A stretch of DNA of 48,761 nt from Gemmatimonadota bacterium (GTDB taxonomy: Bacteria; Gemmatimonadota; Gemmatimonadetes; Palauibacterales; Palauibacteraceae). Below are positions 1 to 10,158 of this stretch, one piece after another (the first letter of the stretch is position 1; each line of letters starts with the position of its first letter). The translations under genes and the position numbers were made by a program. The DNA lies in the NCBI GenBank assembly GCA_039588275.1, contig JBDHAC010000025.1:1-48761 (forward strand). The letters are read 5' to 3'. A model generated the notes under the pieces. It worked only from the letters and a program-made list of their open reading frames with translations, had not been told where the DNA came from and did not search any database.

Positions 1-624
1 GCGCCACATCAACTCCTCGCCCTCGCCATCCACGACGTCCACCACGAGCGTGCCGGGCATGTAGCCCTCCGCCGTCATGTATTCCGCCGAGGAGTAGTAG
101 GGCGCGTACGCCACTCCGAAAGAGAACGGGTAGAGTCCGTACGAGTATCCGACATAGGGAAACGCCGCGTACGGGTACCCACCGTACCGGTAGCCGTAGG
201 GGTATCCGTAGTACGGATAGCCGAGGTAGCGTCGGCCGTAGTACGGGTAGCCCCACGAACCCACTCCCACACCGATACCGACCGAGACGCGTGGTCGAGC
301 GCGGTACGAGCGGCCGTCGTCTCCCTCCACGAGCGGTGGCGTGACGACGAAAGCTGCGACGAGAAAGTCGACCTCGCCTTCGGTCTGCCGCTGATACCCG
401 TGCTGCTCCAGGGCATCGTCGACGCTCCGTTCCAGCCGCCGCTCCAGGAAGGGACTGACCGCCTGGAACTCTTCGCGCGTCTCCTCCGCGGTTTCCATCC
501 AGTCATACGTCTGGAGTCGGCTGAACGAGACGTCGTGATCGTAGTCGCTATTGACCGAGACAGCCGCGCACGCGCCCGCCGTCACGGCGGCAGCGGCCAC
601 CAGCAAACTCCGAGCGTCCATCAT
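1..624 (-). CDS. DUF4136-like lipoprotein with Tyr/Gly/Pro-rich insertion (3' end runs off window)
   Basis: Hand-translated; absent from ORF track because it is open at the edge. MMDARSLLVAAAAVTAGAC (lipobox-like) AAVSVNSDYDHDVSFSRLQTYDW...YMPGTLVVDVVDGEGEELMWR. The SDYD...F..YxW and GTLVVDxxD...LxWR segments are typical of DUF4136. Confidence 0.8.
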   Translation of the reverse strand, partial: MMDARSLLVAAAAVTAGACAAVSVNSDYDHDVSFSRLQTYDWMETAEETREEFQAVSPFLERRLERSVDDALEQHGYQRQTEGEVDFLVAAFVVTPPLVEGDDGRSYRARPRVSVGIGVGVGSWGYPYYGRRYLGYPYYGYPYGYRYGGYPYAAFPYVGYSYGLYPFSFGVAYAPYYSSAEYMTAEGYMPGTLVVDVVDGEGEELMWR

Positions 625-829
625 CGAAACCCCATCTCGAGGGTGTTGTTGGCCTGCAAGCTCTGTTGAGTAGACGCTTGAACACAAGCTAACGTCACGC
701 GGCGGCGAGCGCGCCGGGCCGACGTCGAAAGCCCGCGAATTTCCCCCTTTTCCTCCGCGGCGTCCGGTGATATCCCTTCCAGGTGGACCCGCGCGGACCT
801 TGCACAGAACGCCAGACCGGACGACGCCC

Positions 830-1301
830 GTGCCGCGAGCTCCTTTGACAGCCTTGCTCTGCCTCGCGGCGGTTTTCGCCTGCAACGAGTCCTTCGGTCC
901 AGACTCGCCGTGTAACGTGCGCGAAGGGATTCGCATCTGCACGGATAGGCTGGAATACCAGCCCGGCGCGAGCATCTCGGTCACGATCTCCAATCTCGCA
1001 CCGTGTACGAGGACGTCTGCGCGCTCGGCCTGGTCGGCGTGACTTCGCGCGATCAGCCGTTCGATGCCACGTACAACCCGGCGAGGCACTGCGGTGTCGG
1101 CGTCACCCTCGAAGAGATCGTAGCCGCCATGCGTGAGCTCGAACCGGATGGTGTCCTCACCGAGACGATCGAAATCGGGGGCTCACATTCCAGGGCTTCT
1201 TTCGCGTCAACGTGTGGTTGCTCGATGCGGACGGTCAGCTCCTGTCTCAGGAACCCTATACGACTGCCGTGTTCGAGATCTTCCGAACGGCCGGCCAGTA
1301 G
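830..1301 (+). pseudogene. Putative lipoprotein split by two -1 frameshifts (pseudogene or assembly indels)
   Basis: GTG830 gives VPRAPLTALLCLAAVFAC (lipobox-like)...TDRLEYQPGASISVTISNL. It continues in the next frame (~997) as RTVYEDVC...TETIEIGG, then in the third frame (~1185) as TFQGFFRVNVWLLDADGQLLSQEPYTTAVFEIFRTAGQ* (TAG 1299-1301). Confidence 0.6.
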
Positions 1302-1372
1302 GCGTGGTCGGGCACAGGACCGATCACGCCCCGTGGGGAACCCTGGGGCCACTATTCTCGTAACGGAGATCG

Positions 1373-2752
1373 ATGCTCGATAGAACTCATACCGATCGGC
1401 CACGCGCGCCTCGACGGCTCGGCTTGCGGCGGACTCTTCGTCTGCAGCCCGCGCTCGCGGCCACCATCTGCGTGCTCCCGGGCTGTACCCAGATCGAGGC
1501 CATCATCGATCGTAGCTCCGCCCGCACACCCCACGAGGCGTACGAGCATGCGCTGGGAGCGGCGGGGTTGGCCGAAACCGCGCTTGCCCGCCGCTGGGTG
1601 GAAGCGGCGGAGAACGCCCTGGCACAGCCGATCGTCGTCGATCCCCCCTATGAGGAGGCGGCCTACTTTCCATCCGAAGAGCCGGTCGCGATCGGATACA
1701 GGATCTCTCTCAGGCGCGGCCAGGCCCTCCTCGTGACGACCGACGTGGAGCCCGCGTCAACGACGCGCGTCTTCCTGGACCTGTTTCAACCGGCCGCAGG
1801 CGCGAATGCGGCCCCGCGTCATCTGACGAGTGCCCCGAGTGGCTCAACTCGACTGGAGTTCGAGTCTCCGCGCGATGCCGATTACCTCCTGCGCGTTCAG
1901 ACAGAGCTGCTGCAGCCCATCCGACTGACGCTCAGGATCACGCGCGCCGCCACGCTCGCTTTCCCGGTGCTGGGCCGCGACCCGACCGCAATCCGGAGCG
2001 GTTTCGGCGCCCCTCGGGATGCCGGTCGAAGGGAGCACCACGGGGTCGACATCTTCGCACCGCGTGGTACGCCCGTGATCGCGGCCGCTAACGGCCAGGT
2101 CTCCCGGGTGCAACGGACCCGGCTGGGGGGCAACGTCGTATGGCTCCGTGACGCCGAGCGCAGATGGTCCATGTACTACGCTCACCTCGATAGCCAGCTC
2201 GTGCGGCGAGGACAGCGGGTTCGCGTCGGTGACACGCTGGGCCTGGTCGGGAACACCGGGAATGCGCGCACGACGCCGCCCCACCTGCACTTCGGCCTCT
2301 ATCGCCGTGGCGAGGGCCCGGTCGACCCGGCCTCTTTCATCGAACCGCAGCCGACGGATCCACCGCCGGTTCGGGTCGAGCGCTCGCTCCTCGGAGGGTG
2401 GGCGCGGACCACGGCCGAGACACGCGTCACGCTTGCGGGAGCTGCGGAGCAGCAGCTGCCGGCGCAGACTGTCCTGAAGCTCCTTGGAGCGGCGGGCCGC
2501 ACCTACCGGTTCCTCACGCCGGATGGCAGGAGCGGGCGCCTCGCCGGCTCGGTCGTCGAGGCAGCCCTACGACCGGTTCGGACCAGCGTGGGAACCGGTG
2601 AGCGCGCGCTGCTGAACTTGCCCCGTACCTCCGGTCTGACCGCGGCCGTGGCGAGCCCCGGTGACACGCTTCACGTCCTCGGACGGTTCGGAGACTACCT
2701 TTACGTGGAGGCGCCCGCCGGACCTCGAGGCTGGGTCACCGAGTCCCCCTGA
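1373..2752 (+). CDS. M23 family zinc metallopeptidase (peptidoglycan endopeptidase), possible lipoprotein with C-terminal SH3-like repeats
   Basis: HxxxD (REHHGVDIF), YYAHL and HxH (PPHLHFG) motifs; ICVLPGC lipobox-like segment; C-terminal GDTLHVLGRFGDYLYV...RGWV is SH3b-like. Start uncertain. Confidence 0.88.
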   Translation: MLDRTHTDRPRAPRRLGLRRTLRLQPALAATICVLPGCTQIEAIIDRSSARTPHEAYEHALGAAGLAETALARRWVEAAENALAQPIVVDPPYEEAAYFPSEEPVAIGYRISLRRGQALLVTTDVEPASTTRVFLDLFQPAAGANAAPRHLTSAPSGSTRLEFESPRDADYLLRVQTELLQPIRLTLRITRAATLAFPVLGRDPTAIRSGFGAPRDAGRREHHGVDIFAPRGTPVIAAANGQVSRVQRTRLGGNVVWLRDAERRWSMYYAHLDSQLVRRGQRVRVGDTLGLVGNTGNARTTPPHLHFGLYRRGEGPVDPASFIEPQPTDPPPVRVERSLLGGWARTTAETRVTLAGAAEQQLPAQTVLKLLGAAGRTYRFLTPDGRSGRLAGSVVEAALRPVRTSVGTGERALLNLPRTSGLTAAVASPGDTLHVLGRFGDYLYVEAPAGPRGWVTESP

Positions 2753-2895
2753 TGGACGGCGGTCAGCGGCTCCACTCACTGACACCCGGCTCGCACCGCA
2801 GAGTCGCACCGAACGGTCGCCACCCGGGGGCGTATCCGGCGACTCGGGCGGGCCAGGCCCGGTCGCCCGCGGGACTTTCGTGACCTGCTCGGGGT

Positions 2896-2910
2896 CGGCA
2901 TAAGCTTTGC
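2896..2910 (+). promoter_or_regulatory. Putative sigma54 (-24/-12) promoter of glycosylation cluster
   Basis: CGGCATAAGCTTTGC = GG-N10-GC with GGCA and TTGC; intergenic, upstream of first cluster gene. Confidence 0.55.
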
Positions 2911-3075
2911 GATCCAACAGGCGCGAAACACACTGGTCTCAAGCGAAGTAGCCGTACCGCGGCGTGCCCCGACCGACCAGGTGTGGCGCGAACGCCACAC
3001 TCGTCGATGCAGGGGAGTGAATGCGCACGCGGTTTTCTTATCACCTGCGAGATCTTGAGCGACGCCCGGGAGCGG

Positions 3076-4581
3076 ATGTCAGACCGAGGAACCGAGCTAT
3101 CCCGCTGCACAGCCCCGTTGCGCGAGGGTGATCGGGTTGCCGTGATCGGCGGCGGACCGGCGGGCCTGACGGCTGCCTACCTGCTCAGCCGACGGGGTGT
3201 GGACGTGACCGTCTTCGAGGCCACCGACATGGTCGGCGGTATTTCGCAAACCGCACAGTACAAGGGATTCCGCTTCGACATCGGCGGGCACCGGTTCTTC
3301 ACCAAGATCACGCCGGTCCAGGAGATGTGGGACGAAGTGCTCGGTGACGAGTTTCTCAACGTGCCCAGGCTCTCCCGGATCTACTACAACGGCAAGTTCT
3401 TCGATTATCCGCTCAAGCCGATGAACGCCTTGACCGGGCTGGGTCTCTGGCGGGCCGCTCTCATCATGGCGAGCTACCTGAAGGCGCACGTGCGACCCAG
3501 CACGGTCGAAGAGAACTTCGAGCAGTGGGTCTCGAATCGATTCGGCAGGCGACTCTACGAGACATTCTTCAAGACGTACACCGAGAAAGTCTGGGGCATC
3601 CCCTGCACCGAGATTCGAGCGGAGTGGGCGGCGCAGCGGATCAAGGGCCTTTCGCTGGCGCGCGCGATCCTGTCCGCAGCCTCGGTGAACAAGCGCTCCA
3701 CCAAGATCAAGACGCTCATCAACGAGTTCCGGTATCCACGCTGGGGGCCGGGACAAATGTGGGAGCTGACACGCGACCGCGTCGAGAAGTCAGGTGGCCG
3801 CGTGCTCATGCGGCACCGGGTCGTCGAGATCGAGGTCAACGGGTCGCGGGCGGAGGCGGTCGTGGCCGAGACCGCAGAGGGGCGACAGCGCTTCGAGGCG
3901 GACCACGTCATCTGCTCGGCCCCTGTGCGTTCGCTGGTGAGGGCGCTGAGACCCGACCCTCCGATCGATGTCACACGTGCAGGAGAGGGTCTGCGCTATC
4001 GGGACTTCCTGCTCGTGGCGTTGATCCTGGAAGAGCAGGATCTGTTTCCCGACAACTGGATCTACATCCACACGCCAGGTGTGAAGGTCGGCCGGGTCCA
4101 GAACTTCGGGAACTGGAGCCGCCATCTCTTGGGAGACCCGGGCAAGAGCTGCCTGGGCATGGAGTACTTCTGCTTCGAGGGAGATGGTCTCTGGGAGAGC
4201 CGCGATGCCGATTTGATCGCGCTCGCCACGGAAGAGATCGGCGCCTTGGGGCTCGCGGATCCGAAGCTCGTAACCGATGGGGCGGTCGTCAGGATGCCGA
4301 AGGCTTATCCGATCTACGACGCCGATTACAGCGATCATCTGGCGAAGATTCGCGAGCACATCGATCCGATCTCGAACCTCCATCCGGTCGGCCGAAACGG
4401 CATGCACAAATACAACAACCAGGATCACTCGATGCTCACGGCCATGATGACGGTGTGGAACATGGAAGGCGCCACACACGACATCTGGGCCGTCAATACG
4501 GACTACGAGTACCACGAGGAGCAGCGCATTGAGATGTCCGGGCAGAGCGCCGAGGCAGAGCCCACCTTGGCGACCGGGTAG
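3076..4581 (+). CDS. FAD-dependent oxidoreductase, protoporphyrinogen-oxidase/UDP-galactopyranose-mutase-like
   Basis: [14 protein letters not shown] dinucleotide motif; [10 protein letters not shown]-terminal [17 protein letters not shown]3076 preferred over 2983 (GGGAG upstream). Confidence 0.85.
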   Translation: MSDRGTELSRCTAPLREGDRVAVIGGGPAGLTAAYLLSRRGVDVTVFEATDMVGGISQTAQYKGFRFDIGGHRFFTKITPVQEMWDEVLGDEFLNVPRLSRIYYNGKFFDYPLKPMNALTGLGLWRAALIMASYLKAHVRPSTVEENFEQWVSNRFGRRLYETFFKTYTEKVWGIPCTEIRAEWAAQRIKGLSLARAILSAASVNKRSTKIKTLINEFRYPRWGPGQMWELTRDRVEKSGGRVLMRHRVVEIEVNGSRAEAVVAETAEGRQRFEADHVICSAPVRSLVRALRPDPPIDVTRAGEGLRYRDFLLVALILEEQDLFPDNWIYIHTPGVKVGRVQNFGNWSRHLLGDPGKSCLGMEYFCFEGDGLWESRDADLIALATEEIGALGLADPKLVTDGAVVRMPKAYPIYDADYSDHLAKIREHIDPISNLHPVGRNGMHKYNNQDHSMLTAMMTVWNMEGATHDIWAVNTDYEYHEEQRIEMSGQSAEAEPTLATG

Positions 4582-4638
4582 CGCCTCGCGGGCGAAGCTC
4601 GGACACGGTCCCCGAAGACGACGGGTTCGGAGTATGGC

Positions 4639-5814
4639 GTGAGGATCGGCGTGGACGCCTGCTGCTGGGCGAACGGTCGCGGATACGGGCGCTTCACGCG
4701 CGAGCTCATGACTGCCATGGTCACGCAGGCGCCGGAGGACCGGTTCGTCTTCTTCGTCGATGAGCGGGCCCACAGCAGTTTTGATCTGCAGGCCGCGAAC
4801 GCAGAGGTCGTACACGTGGCCGTGGCCGAATCCCCCACCACCGCGGCCTCGGCGAGCGGGCACCGGAGCATCGCCGACCTGTGGCGGATGACGCGCGCGG
4901 TGTCCAAGCACCGACCCGACGTGTTCTTCTCCCCATCGGTGTACAGCTATTTCCCGCTTCCGCCTAAACAGCGCGCGGTAGTGGCGATACACGATGTGAT
5001 CGCGGAGCGCCACCCTCAGCTCACGTTGCCATCGTTCAGGGCGCGTCTGTTCTGGAGGTTGAAGGTCGGTCTGGCGATACAGCAGGCGCGCCTCATCCTC
5101 ACGGTCTCGGACTTCTCGGCGCGTGCCATCTCGGAGCTCTTGCAGGTACCGGCATCCCGGATCCGGATCGCGACCGAAGCTCCGGCCGCCGCGTACAGGC
5201 CCAGCTCACCGGAGCAGATCAAGGCAGCGACAGCCCGGCTGGGGCTCCCACGAGGGGCCAGGTGGTTCGTGTACGTCGGAGGATTCAACCCGCACAAACG
5301 GGTGATCTCGCTCGTCGAGGCACACTCACACGTCGTGCGCGAAGACGGGGATTCGGCGCCCTACCTGCTACTGGTCGGCGATCCGACCGCCGACGCGTTC
5401 CTCAAAGACGTGGAGCGAATCCAAACCGCCGTCGCGGTGGGTGGAACCGCAGACAGGACCCTGTGGACCGGCTTCGTGCCGGATGAAGAGCTGCGGCACC
5501 TGCACTCGGGTGCTCTCGCACTCGTACTTCCCTCGGAAGCGGAAGGCTTCGGGCTGCCCGCGGTCGAGGCCGCCGCGTGCGGAACTCCGGTCGTAGCCAC
5601 GACCGAAAGCCCCCTGCCAGAGCTCCTGAAAGGCGGGGGTATCTTCGTGCCACCCGGCGATGACCGGACCCTGATCGGGGCGCTTCGTCTGCTCGCTAAG
5701 GATGAGCCCCTGCGGCAGAAGATGGGCCGTCGTGCCCTGCACAAGGTCAGCGAACTGAGCTGGGAGCGCGGTGCGAGCGCGGCGTTGGACGCGATCCACG
5801 AGGCCGCGGCATGA
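4639..5814 (+). CDS. GT4 glycosyltransferase (WbaZ/MtfB-like)
   Basis: GYGRFTREL, AIHDVI, YVGGFNPHKR, PSEAEGFGLPAVEAAACGTPVV (EX7E). Confidence 0.92.
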   Translation: MRIGVDACCWANGRGYGRFTRELMTAMVTQAPEDRFVFFVDERAHSSFDLQAANAEVVHVAVAESPTTAASASGHRSIADLWRMTRAVSKHRPDVFFSPSVYSYFPLPPKQRAVVAIHDVIAERHPQLTLPSFRARLFWRLKVGLAIQQARLILTVSDFSARAISELLQVPASRIRIATEAPAAAYRPSSPEQIKAATARLGLPRGARWFVYVGGFNPHKRVISLVEAHSHVVREDGDSAPYLLLVGDPTADAFLKDVERIQTAVAVGGTADRTLWTGFVPDEELRHLHSGALALVLPSEAEGFGLPAVEAAACGTPVVATTESPLPELLKGGGIFVPPGDDRTLIGALRLLAKDEPLRQKMGRRALHKVSELSWERGASAALDAIHEAAA

Positions 5815-7124
5815 CCGGGACGAGCCCGGCGGGCGGCGCACCATCGGGGCGCCCGCAGGATGGCCCGCTTCGCGTCGCGATGATCACCACGTTCTATCCC
5901 CCGTACAGCTTCGGAGGAGATGCGATCGCCATCGAGCGCCTGGCGAAGGCCCTGGTCCGGCGCGAGTGCCGGGTTACGGTCATCCACGATGTGGATGCCT
6001 ACAATCTCCTTCATCGGGGTCCGGAGCCGGAGCCATCGACTGGCCAGCCCGACGGGCTCGAGGTGGTGTCACTCAAGAGTGGCCTCGGACCGATCTCTCC
6101 CATACTGACCCAGCAACTCGGGCGACCGGTGGCGAGCGGAAGCCGCATCCGGCAGGTCCTGACCGACGGCTCGTTCCACGTGGTGCACTTCAACAACGTG
6201 TCGCTAGTGGGTGGGCCGGGTGTGCTTTCCGCGGGCGAGGGCATCAAGGTCTTCGAGGCGCACGAGCACTGGCTCGTGTGTCCTTCGCACGTCTTGTGGA
6301 AGTTCAATCGCGAACCGTGCACGGGGCGTGCCTGCGTGCGATGCGTGCTCAGCTACAAGCGGCCCCCTCAACTGTGGCGACAGACGGGGTACCTGGAGCG
6401 GCAGCTCTCCGAGGTGGACGTGTTCATCGCAAAGAGCGAGTTCAGCCGGCGGAAGCACGCCGAGTTCGGGTTCGATCGTGACATGCACGTACTGCCCTAT
6501 TTCCTGCCGGACGTCCCCGACGACTCACCCGCGGCTCGACCCGAGGATGCTCCGCATGACCGGCCGTACTTCTTGTTCGTCGGTCGCCTGGAACGGATCA
6601 AGGGTCTGGAAGACGTGATCCCCGCCTTCGAGAGTTACGCCGATGCCGACCTCCTGGTCGCGGGAGACGGCACCCACGAAGCGGAGCTGCGGAAGCTCGC
6701 CTCAGGCTGCGACCGCGTACGCTTCCTGGGCAGGACGAGCCCGAAGGCCCTCGAGCGCTATTATCGGCACGCGATCGCCCTCGTCGTGCCATCGGTTTGC
6801 TTCGAGACGTTCGGGATTATCCTGATCGAGGCGTTTCGCCAGCGAACACCGGTGATCGCGCGGCGCATAGGACCGTTCCCGGAGATCGTAGAGGCGTGCG
6901 GGGGGGGCGAGCTCTTCCGGACCCGTGAGGAGCTGGTTGCTTCGATGCGGCGGTTGCAGCACGAACCGAGCTACCGCGAAGGGCTCGCACGACGCGCGCT
7001 GCGAGGATTCCGGGAGCGCTGGTCGGAAAGCGCCGTGGTGCCTCGCTACCTGGATCTCGTCGGACAGGCCGCGGAGAGATCCGGACGATCGGAGATCGCC
7101 CGCGCCGTCACGAGCGCTGCTTAG
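5811..7124 (+). CDS. GT4 glycosyltransferase
   Basis: FYPPYSFGG, HEHWLVCP, FVGRLERIKG, PSVCFETFGIILIEA (EX7E); ATGA overlap with upstream gene. Confidence 0.92.
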   Translation: MTGTSPAGGAPSGRPQDGPLRVAMITTFYPPYSFGGDAIAIERLAKALVRRECRVTVIHDVDAYNLLHRGPEPEPSTGQPDGLEVVSLKSGLGPISPILTQQLGRPVASGSRIRQVLTDGSFHVVHFNNVSLVGGPGVLSAGEGIKVFEAHEHWLVCPSHVLWKFNREPCTGRACVRCVLSYKRPPQLWRQTGYLERQLSEVDVFIAKSEFSRRKHAEFGFDRDMHVLPYFLPDVPDDSPAARPEDAPHDRPYFLFVGRLERIKGLEDVIPAFESYADADLLVAGDGTHEAELRKLASGCDRVRFLGRTSPKALERYYRHAIALVVPSVCFETFGIILIEAFRQRTPVIARRIGPFPEIVEACGGGELFRTREELVASMRRLQHEPSYREGLARRALRGFRERWSESAVVPRYLDLVGQAAERSGRSEIARAVTSAA

Positions 7125-7249
7125 TGGCCCACAAGGAGGACCACGGCGGTGCGTCTGATCGCTGGCTACGACCGCCACGAGGACTCGAAGACCGGCGGCC
7201 CCACGAGGCTCGAGAGTCGACGGACGAGCATGACTGAGAAGGAGAAGAC

Positions 7250-8224
7250 GTGAAAGTCTTCATCACCGGTGGGGCCGGATTCATAGGCTCCCACCTCGCG
7301 GAGCGACTCCTGAGCAGCGGGGCGCACGTCCTGGTACTGGACGATCTGTCGACCGGCTCGATGTCGAACATCGAGTCCATGCTCGACCACGAGAGGTTCG
7401 ACTACCGGATCGGGTCGGTGACGGATGGGCCTCTGGTGGCCGAGCTCGTGGATCGGTGCGATGTCACCGTGCACATGGCCGCGGCGGTCGGCGTGCGGCT
7501 GATCGTGGAGCGACCGGTTCACACGATCGAGACCAACGTCCACGGGACCGAGGTCGTGTTGAACGCCGTAGCGCGGAAGCAGAAGCCGATCGTGTTGGCC
7601 TCCACCTCGGAAGTGTACGGAAAGAGCAGCAAAGTGCCGTTCTCCGAAGAGGACGATCTGGTGCTGGGGCCGACCGACCACGCCCGCTGGTCATATGCTT
7701 GCTCGAAAGCGCTCGATGAGTGGCTCGGACTCGCGTACTATCGGGACAAGGGAGTACCGGTCCTCATCGTCAGGTTGTTCAACACGGTCGGACCCCGACA
7801 GACGGGACGGTACGGGATGGTCCTTCCGACCTTTGCGGCCCAGGCCGTCTCGGGCGAACCGATCACCGTGTATGGCACGGGAAAGCAATCACGCTGCTTC
7901 GCGCACGTGAACGACGCCGTGCTCGCCATCGAGGCCCTGATACACGAGCCGAAGGCCGTCGGCGAGGTGTTCAACATCGGGTCGGACCGCGAGGTCACGA
8001 TGAACGAGCTCGCGGAGCTGGTGCGTACCACGGCGGACAGCCGGTCGCCGATCGTGCGGATCCCCTATGATGAGGCGTACACTACCGGATTCGAGGATAT
8101 GCAGCGGCGCGTGCCGAATTGCGCGAAGCTCGAGCGAACCATCGGGTTCAAGCCCTCCACCACGCTCGAGCGGATAGTGGAGGATGTCGTGGCCGAGCAG
8201 CGAGCGCTCCCGGCCCCCGCATGA
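7250..8224 (+). CDS. NAD-dependent epimerase/dehydratase (extended SDR; UDP-glucuronate decarboxylase/ArnA-C-terminal-like)
   Basis: ITGGAGFIGSHL, STSEVYG, RWSYACSK (YxxxK), RLFNTVGPRQ; RBS AAGGAGA before GTG. Confidence 0.9.
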   Translation: MKVFITGGAGFIGSHLAERLLSSGAHVLVLDDLSTGSMSNIESMLDHERFDYRIGSVTDGPLVAELVDRCDVTVHMAAAVGVRLIVERPVHTIETNVHGTEVVLNAVARKQKPIVLASTSEVYGKSSKVPFSEEDDLVLGPTDHARWSYACSKALDEWLGLAYYRDKGVPVLIVRLFNTVGPRQTGRYGMVLPTFAAQAVSGEPITVYGTGKQSRCFAHVNDAVLAIEALIHEPKAVGEVFNIGSDREVTMNELAELVRTTADSRSPIVRIPYDEAYTTGFEDMQRRVPNCAKLERTIGFKPSTTLERIVEDVVAEQRALPAPA

Positions 8225-8258
8225 GAATGGCAGCCGGACGGGCTCCTGGGGATGCGCT

Positions 8259-9011
8259 GTGCGCGCGATTCTGACCTACCACTCGATCGATGATTCGGGT
8301 TCGGTGATCTCGCTCCCCGAGTCCGTGTTTCGCCGGCATGCGGCATGGCTGGGCTCCGGTGCCGTTCGGGTCACGGGAGTGGGAGAGCTGCTGAGAATGG
8401 ATCCGGACGAGGATGCCGTCGCGATCACGTTCGATGATGGGTTCGCAAACTTCGGATCCACCGCGTGGCCCATCCTCCAGGCGCACGAACTCCCGGTTAC
8501 CGTGTTTGTCGTCGCTGACCACGTCGGCGGGACGAACACCTGGGGCGGAAAGACCGATCCCGCGATCCCGGCGCTTCCGCTTCTCGATTGGGACAGTCTC
8601 GGGAGCTTGGCCGAGCGGGGGGTGGAGCTGGGTTCTCATACGCGCCGGCACCCCAGATTGCCGGAGCTGGATCCCGAGCGGCTCGAGGATGAAGTGGCGG
8701 GATCGGCCGACGCCATCGAGCGACACGCCGGTGTGCGTCCGGCGGGCTTCGCCTACCCGCACGGCGCAGTCGACCCGAAATCACGGCGGGCGGTTGAACG
8801 CCGTTATGATTGGGCGTGCACCACCGAGTTGACCTGGCTGCCCGAGCGAGTCCGACCTCACCGGCTGCCGCGTCTCGACAGCTACTACTACCGGGATGCG
8901 AGCCTGATCGAACGTTGGGGCTCGAAGGCGTTTCGCCGACACGTGTGGCTTCGGGGGAGCGCACGACGTCTTCGCGCGGGAGTCGCGCGCTCGAGAGGCC
9001 GCAGTGGATAG
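8259..9011 (+). CDS. Polysaccharide deacetylase (NodB/CE4 family)
   Basis: ILTYHSI, ITFDDG, GSHTRRHP, FAYPHG, LPRL motifs. GTG8259 preferred start. Confidence 0.9.
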   Translation: MRAILTYHSIDDSGSVISLPESVFRRHAAWLGSGAVRVTGVGELLRMDPDEDAVAITFDDGFANFGSTAWPILQAHELPVTVFVVADHVGGTNTWGGKTDPAIPALPLLDWDSLGSLAERGVELGSHTRRHPRLPELDPERLEDEVAGSADAIERHAGVRPAGFAYPHGAVDPKSRRAVERRYDWACTTELTWLPERVRPHRLPRLDSYYYRDASLIERWGSKAFRRHVWLRGSARRLRAGVARSRGRSG

Positions 9012-10158
9012 CGGAGACCGTGTCGTGAACGAGGCCTCGCCTCGCCTCTCGGTCATCATGCCGGCACACCGCGCGGCCGGGATCCTGCCGGAGACCCTCG
9101 GCGCCCTGCTGGCTAGCGACATGCCTCGCGAAGAGTTCGAGTTGATCGTGGTGGTGGATGGCGACGTGATGGGATACGGAGATGACCGCACGGCCGAGGT
9201 GGCCCGCGAGTACGTCGACGTCGTCGTGCGCCTGCCGGGCAAGCCGCGCGGGCCCTCATACGCCAGGAACCGCGGCGCCGAGGTCGCACGAGGCGAGTAC
9301 CTGGCGTTCATCGACGCCGACGTGTACGCGCACCCGGACACGCTCCGCAAGATCTTGGAGACCTTCGAGAACCGTCCCGACATCGACGCGGTCTTCGGTT
9401 CGTATGATGATTGTCCTACCGCGAGTGGGATCGTCTCCAAGTACAGAAACCTGTTGCACCATTACGTACACACGGCGCATCCCGGCGAGGCCGAGACATT
9501 CTGGGCCGGGTGTGGCGCGATCCGGTCTCGGGTCTTCGAGGGCGTGGGGATGTACGACGAGTGGCACTTCTCACAACCACAGATCGAGGACATCGAGCTC
9601 GGTCGTCGCTTGAGGCGGCGCGGGCACCGTATCCTCCTGGAACCGTCGATCCTGGTCCGCCACCTGAAGCGATGGACGTTGGGGAACGTGCTGAAGACGG
9701 ATCTCAAACACCGTGGCGTCCCGTGGATGCGGCTGATCCTGCACGAAGGACCTAGCGCGGGCGGAAGCACCCTGAACGTCGAGCCGGTGCACCGCTGGTG
9801 CGTGATCCTGGCCTTCCTCGCCGTTCTCGGCCTCCTGGTGGCGGTGGTGCTCCTCGAACCCTGGCCGTTGCTGGTGACGGTCGGTGGCGTGCTCGGCATC
9901 GTGGTGGCGAATGCAGGCTTCTTCCGCGTCTTGTTGAGCGCGGGCGGCTGGCGCGTCGCACTGGGCTCGGTGGTCCTTCACTGGCTGTTCTACGTGGCGA
10001 ACGGTCTCTCGGCGGTCAGCGGCTGGCTGGCCTTCTTCTTCGTCGGGGCGCCGCAGCCCCCGGCAGATGTGGCGGCGTTCGACGAGATTGGCGTGGAAAC
10101 GTGGCCGCCGATCCCGAGCAGGCCCAAAGACAGCGTATGGTACAAGCATGGTCAATGA
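9004..10158 (+). CDS. GT2 glycosyltransferase with C-terminal transmembrane helices
   Basis: LSVIMPA, VVVDG, GPSYARNRG, FIDAD, IEDIELG; hydrophobic C-terminal third. Confidence 0.9.
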   Translation: MDSGDRVVNEASPRLSVIMPAHRAAGILPETLGALLASDMPREEFELIVVVDGDVMGYGDDRTAEVAREYVDVVVRLPGKPRGPSYARNRGAEVARGEYLAFIDADVYAHPDTLRKILETFENRPDIDAVFGSYDDCPTASGIVSKYRNLLHHYVHTAHPGEAETFWAGCGAIRSRVFEGVGMYDEWHFSQPQIEDIELGRRLRRRGHRILLEPSILVRHLKRWTLGNVLKTDLKHRGVPWMRLILHEGPSAGGSTLNVEPVHRWCVILAFLAVLGLLVAVVLLEPWPLLVTVGGVLGIVVANAGFFRVLLSAGGWRVALGSVVLHWLFYVANGLSAVSGWLAFFFVGAPQPPADVAAFDEIGVETWPPIPSRPKDSVWYKHGQ

